Below are positions 60,449-64,000 of a DNA stretch of 64,000 bases, one piece after another. Position numbers and translations under genes: made by a program. The stretch spans positions 17,050,110 through 17,114,109 of the forward strand of contig NC_134030.1 in assembly GCF_964204645.1 (NCBI RefSeq). The letters run 5' to 3'. The notes beneath the pieces were generated by a model. It was given only the letters and a program-made list of their open reading frames with translations, was not told where the DNA came from and ran no database searches. Origin of the DNA: Tubulanus polymorphus. Lineage: Eukaryota; Animalia; Nemertea. Numbering within the stretch: the first letter of the stretch is position 1; each line of letters begins with the position of its first letter.

Positions 60449-62792
60449 TATAATAATTATTATAATATAATTTTTATATACCCATAATATAATTATTATA
60501 ATATATAATAATAATCTCTTATGAAATTTAAAATATTTGGAAAAAGAATATCAAATAAAAATTTACAGGTAGGCAAGATTAATTGTAGTTATAGATTCCC
60601 TTAAGTCACTAAATGAAGATATAAATTAAAAGCAGTGATAAAAATTATAAACCAACTCTATACCGCAAGTTGTTTAACTCCTACGAAAGTCTGTAGTGTC
60701 CTTATGAAAGCTGAAGAATGACTGACAAGAGGCAGCAAACAGACTCTATCTATCAAGGGGAGATACTGAAACCAAATTTTGCTTTTATAATGGTTTGACA
60801 TTTAGGGTCAATTCTGCAGGATGCAGGTGCAAGGTTGAGGTTGTGACCTATGTCTCCCTTGAAGCGCTGCAGTTTTAAGGGTGTTATAATTAAAACATTA
60901 TAATTTATGACTTAGAAAGGATTAGAAAATAAAATTTATCAGTGATCTTTACGACTATTACCATTAAATATTAGATAGACTCAGTGATCGATGAAAAATA
61001 ATGTTATCATTATAAGATCAAGTTACATGGACTATGGACGTATAAACTAGTTAGTTAAACTAGTTTATACGTCCATGCATGGACTAACACATGTAAGAGT
61101 AATCTAGTGAATAAATTGTCATAAAATGCAAGCAAGTTCGTATAAAAACAAAACGAGATTGAATGGATCAATAAATCTGCAATTAGAGCAACTTATGGGT
61201 TTAAGACCATTACACGGCAAAGGAAGAGAAGGAATGAAGTAAAGATAAGGGACAACTCATTACTTAGATGAATTGAATGTTGAAAAATTATTATTATGGA
61301 ACAATCTTAAGAAATCCAGAGACAGGGCTAGATAAAGGAAAATAATTTTCAAAAAATTAACTTTTAAAATCGCTTATATATTTTTCAATAGCCCCATTTA
61401 TTGCTGTATTATTTCACAGAATTGGAAATCAGAAAAAAAGTAAATTTAATAAAGAGGAAATTCTAATCTGAATCTTTATTTGAAACTACAAGGCGTAAAC
61501 ATACTGTAAATGTAAGACTAAATCCAAGTAGTTGGTTGTAAGATCCGGTACTAGCAGATTTGTGTAGAACCTGGAAAACATAATACAAACAAGTTCTAAG
61601 TATCAATGGAGTGGGACATGGGCAATGAGAGCTTTGTGGTCAGACCAGGGACACTCCAAAAAATCAGTCTCAAGATAATTGCAATTAGAAACAAGAAAAT
61701 TAACTTTAATAAATTATTTGACGCCTGCGAAAAAAATTTGGGGAATTATGAGATTTGGTGATTGGGTAGATGATACGGTCTTCGACTGGTCTAATTAAAA
61801 AAAATGTCAACTTGCGACCAACTTCGATTCACTTTTGCCTCTAAGCTGGTCTGCAACTTCATTGCCTCCATAGTTGAAGAAAGAGCTCTTCGGATGTCTG
61901 CTTCATCATGACTTTGAGCATATAGTGTAGCCAGCCGGCGCGGTCCCGGTTTGGCAGTCACTCGATATCCTAGACTTGAGTCTGGGTTGAAGTAGACATT
62001 GTCATTTAAATAACTTATTCATGTTATTCTGTATGAATTACCCGTGTGTCTTGTATTTTGTACTTTCTTATTTTAAAATTTGTAACTTTATTGAATTTGG
62101 GAATTTTATCCCGGAATTTCAATGTTATAAGGATCAATAAAGTATTGAATTTGTGGCGAAAATTGTCTATATTTGGGGTGGGTTTGACCACAAAATGTCG
62201 TCTTTGGTGAAATTATATTATGTATTTAGGAATGGCCTTAAGCCGTTCTTTTCTCATTGTTTCTTTTTAGATGTACGTATTCCGGGACGGGGCTGAGTGT
62301 TCTGCGGCGATGTTTCGGGATCTTTTCGGCTCAATTTCAATCCGACAGATTTTTGGTAGTTCTGTCAGATTCCAATTTTACGACCTGGGCAGGCCCCCGC
62401 GGTGTTGGCCACGACACATCGCGGTGATATTAGCGATTTTTCGGCGCCTGTCCAGGCCATTCTTTTATTCTCCACCTACCTATTAGTGTGTGTTCATCTT
62501 TTTATATTTGAGACCCAACTTCTTTGATTTTGGGCCGTTTTGGTTCCGTCGCGTCGCCGGAGAATTCTCCAGCCCTGCTCGTGTTTACGCTCGTTTTTAC
62601 GACGCCGTTCGCTGGCGCCGCCTCACTTCCGTGTGAGCGTTTTCTCGGTGGTGCGGTTAACTCCGGTTTATTTTGTAGTAAATATCTCCGTATCTTCACG
62701 ATAGGTAAAACACAATATCCGTGTTGACGCGATGAGGAGAGAATCCCACAATGATAATAAAAAGTCCGAAAATGAAACTTCGAGATAGTAGT

Positions 62793-62838
62793 TTATTCAA
62801 CGTTTCGACTATATCCTAATAGTCATCTTCAGGAATAA
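62793..62838 (-). ncRNA. Minimal type I hammerhead ribozyme of the Penelope pLTR
   Basis: Minus strand UUAUUC-CUGAAGA-U-GACUAU(uaggau)AUAGUC-GAAA-CGUU-GAAUAA: intact core, stems I and II, palindromic stem III. Confidence 0.8.
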
Positions 62839-63146
62839 TGAGATACTACAGAAATTATGAGATATATATACAATCCAGGGACAAAGAGACTAATTCAAGT
62901 AATCAGAGATGATACAAACTAAAGGAAAATTAACGTAGAAACAGTTACACGCTAAAATAGATTAAAGGGAAGCAAACTAAGGGGTGATTATAAACAACAA
63001 TAGTGAGTATAAATATAAATGAAACTTAAAGTCAGTAGTAAAAAGAAAGACAAACTAAGGGGCACTAAATTAAAACAAAGGTGAATACAAGTTAAGTCAG
63101 AGACGAAATTGATGAGAGAACAAATTACAAATAATCAAAGGGGAAA

Positions 63147-64000
63147 TCAAGTGTTGAGTTTAACCAGTTTACAGAGGAATTTTGATATAAGTTTATTATG
63201 GGGTGAAAAACCATTGTTAAGGTTTACAACGTTGTTCGAATTTTCAATAATTAATGCAGATTCCAAAATATGTCTTCTAGTTTTATCGCTGCAAGGGTAA
63301 ACTAATTCAGCATTAGCAAAATCAAAATTGTGTGAAGTCTGAAAAACATGACTAGCAACTCCGCTTTCAGGTTTAAAGTTTTTTACATCTAATTTATGCT
63401 CTTTTATGCGTTGATTAAGATTCCGACCTGTTTCTCCTATATATACTTTGTCGCAAACTTTACAAGGTATTTTATAAATTCCACAGTTTAGGGATTCGGT
63501 TTTCGGTTTGTTGTTAATCAATATGTTACTAAGTTTATTATTGTATTTAAAGATGAGTTGTTTATTTAGTGACCGAAGAGAAACTTTAGAATTCTCGAGG
63601 AAAGGTACATACGGTACAATGATAGGCTGTTTATCGGTAGCCAACGTAGGAGTTCTAAGGTTGTTATTTCTAAAATGCGTAGTACGAGCTTTAAGTAGAG
63701 CTTTTTCCAATAGGAAATCGGGGTAGGCAAGTTTTTTGAGAGATTGGTTAATATGGTGAATTTCATCGGGTAGAAATGAGGGGTCGCAAATTCTCAAAGC
63801 GCGAAGAAATAATCCTTGAGCTAAACCGAGTTTAATATCCGGAGAAGTAAAAGAGAAGTAATGGAGGTAGGATTCAGCGTTGTTAGGTTTCCTATAAACC
63901 GCGAATTTCAAAAAGGATCCACAGTTAAAAATCAAAACATCCAGAAAAGGTATTTTACTATTAGATTCCCATTCATACGTAAAAGCCAGAGACGGGTAAA
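63147..64000 (-). mobile_element. Penelope-like retroelement: RT C-terminus/thumb and GIY-YIG endonuclease (5' part outside the window)
   Basis: VYRKP..YLHYFS; GIYKIPCKVCDKVYIGETGRNLNQRIKEH; ILESALI..LNNG. Confidence 0.93.

Overview
Eukaryotic (animal, AT-rich, invertebrate-like) genomic DNA in three zones. (1) 1-12561 is one end of an integrated Polinton/Maverick (adintovirus-like) element: integrase N-terminus, major capsid protein, a cluster of membrane proteins, a penton-like gene with a premature stop, a zinc-finger protein with a VLTF3-like C-terminal half, and a 1686-aa protein-primed DNA polymerase B. The polymerase catalytic motif C is split by a 355-aa LAGLIDADG intein that resembles giant-virus PolB inteins, and nearly every viral gene starts in a poxvirus-late-like ATAAATG context. 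Together these suggest an animal Polinton tied to a nucleocytoplasmic large DNA virus (NCLDV); this is the main finding and is an inference. (2) 19495-34744 is an intact 11-exon host PA2G4/EBP1 gene (390 aa). Its introns carry three tandem SNORD10/mgU6-77-like C/D snoRNAs, further snoRNA candidates and several MITEs. (3) 36-64 kb is a transposon graveyard: a Gypsy remnant, a MULE transposase split by a hAT element that itself holds a minisatellite element, an OB-fold pseudogene split by a foldback element, a second hAT element, and a Penelope element with a hammerhead ribozyme. All homology calls come from motif recognition by eye; no searches were run.
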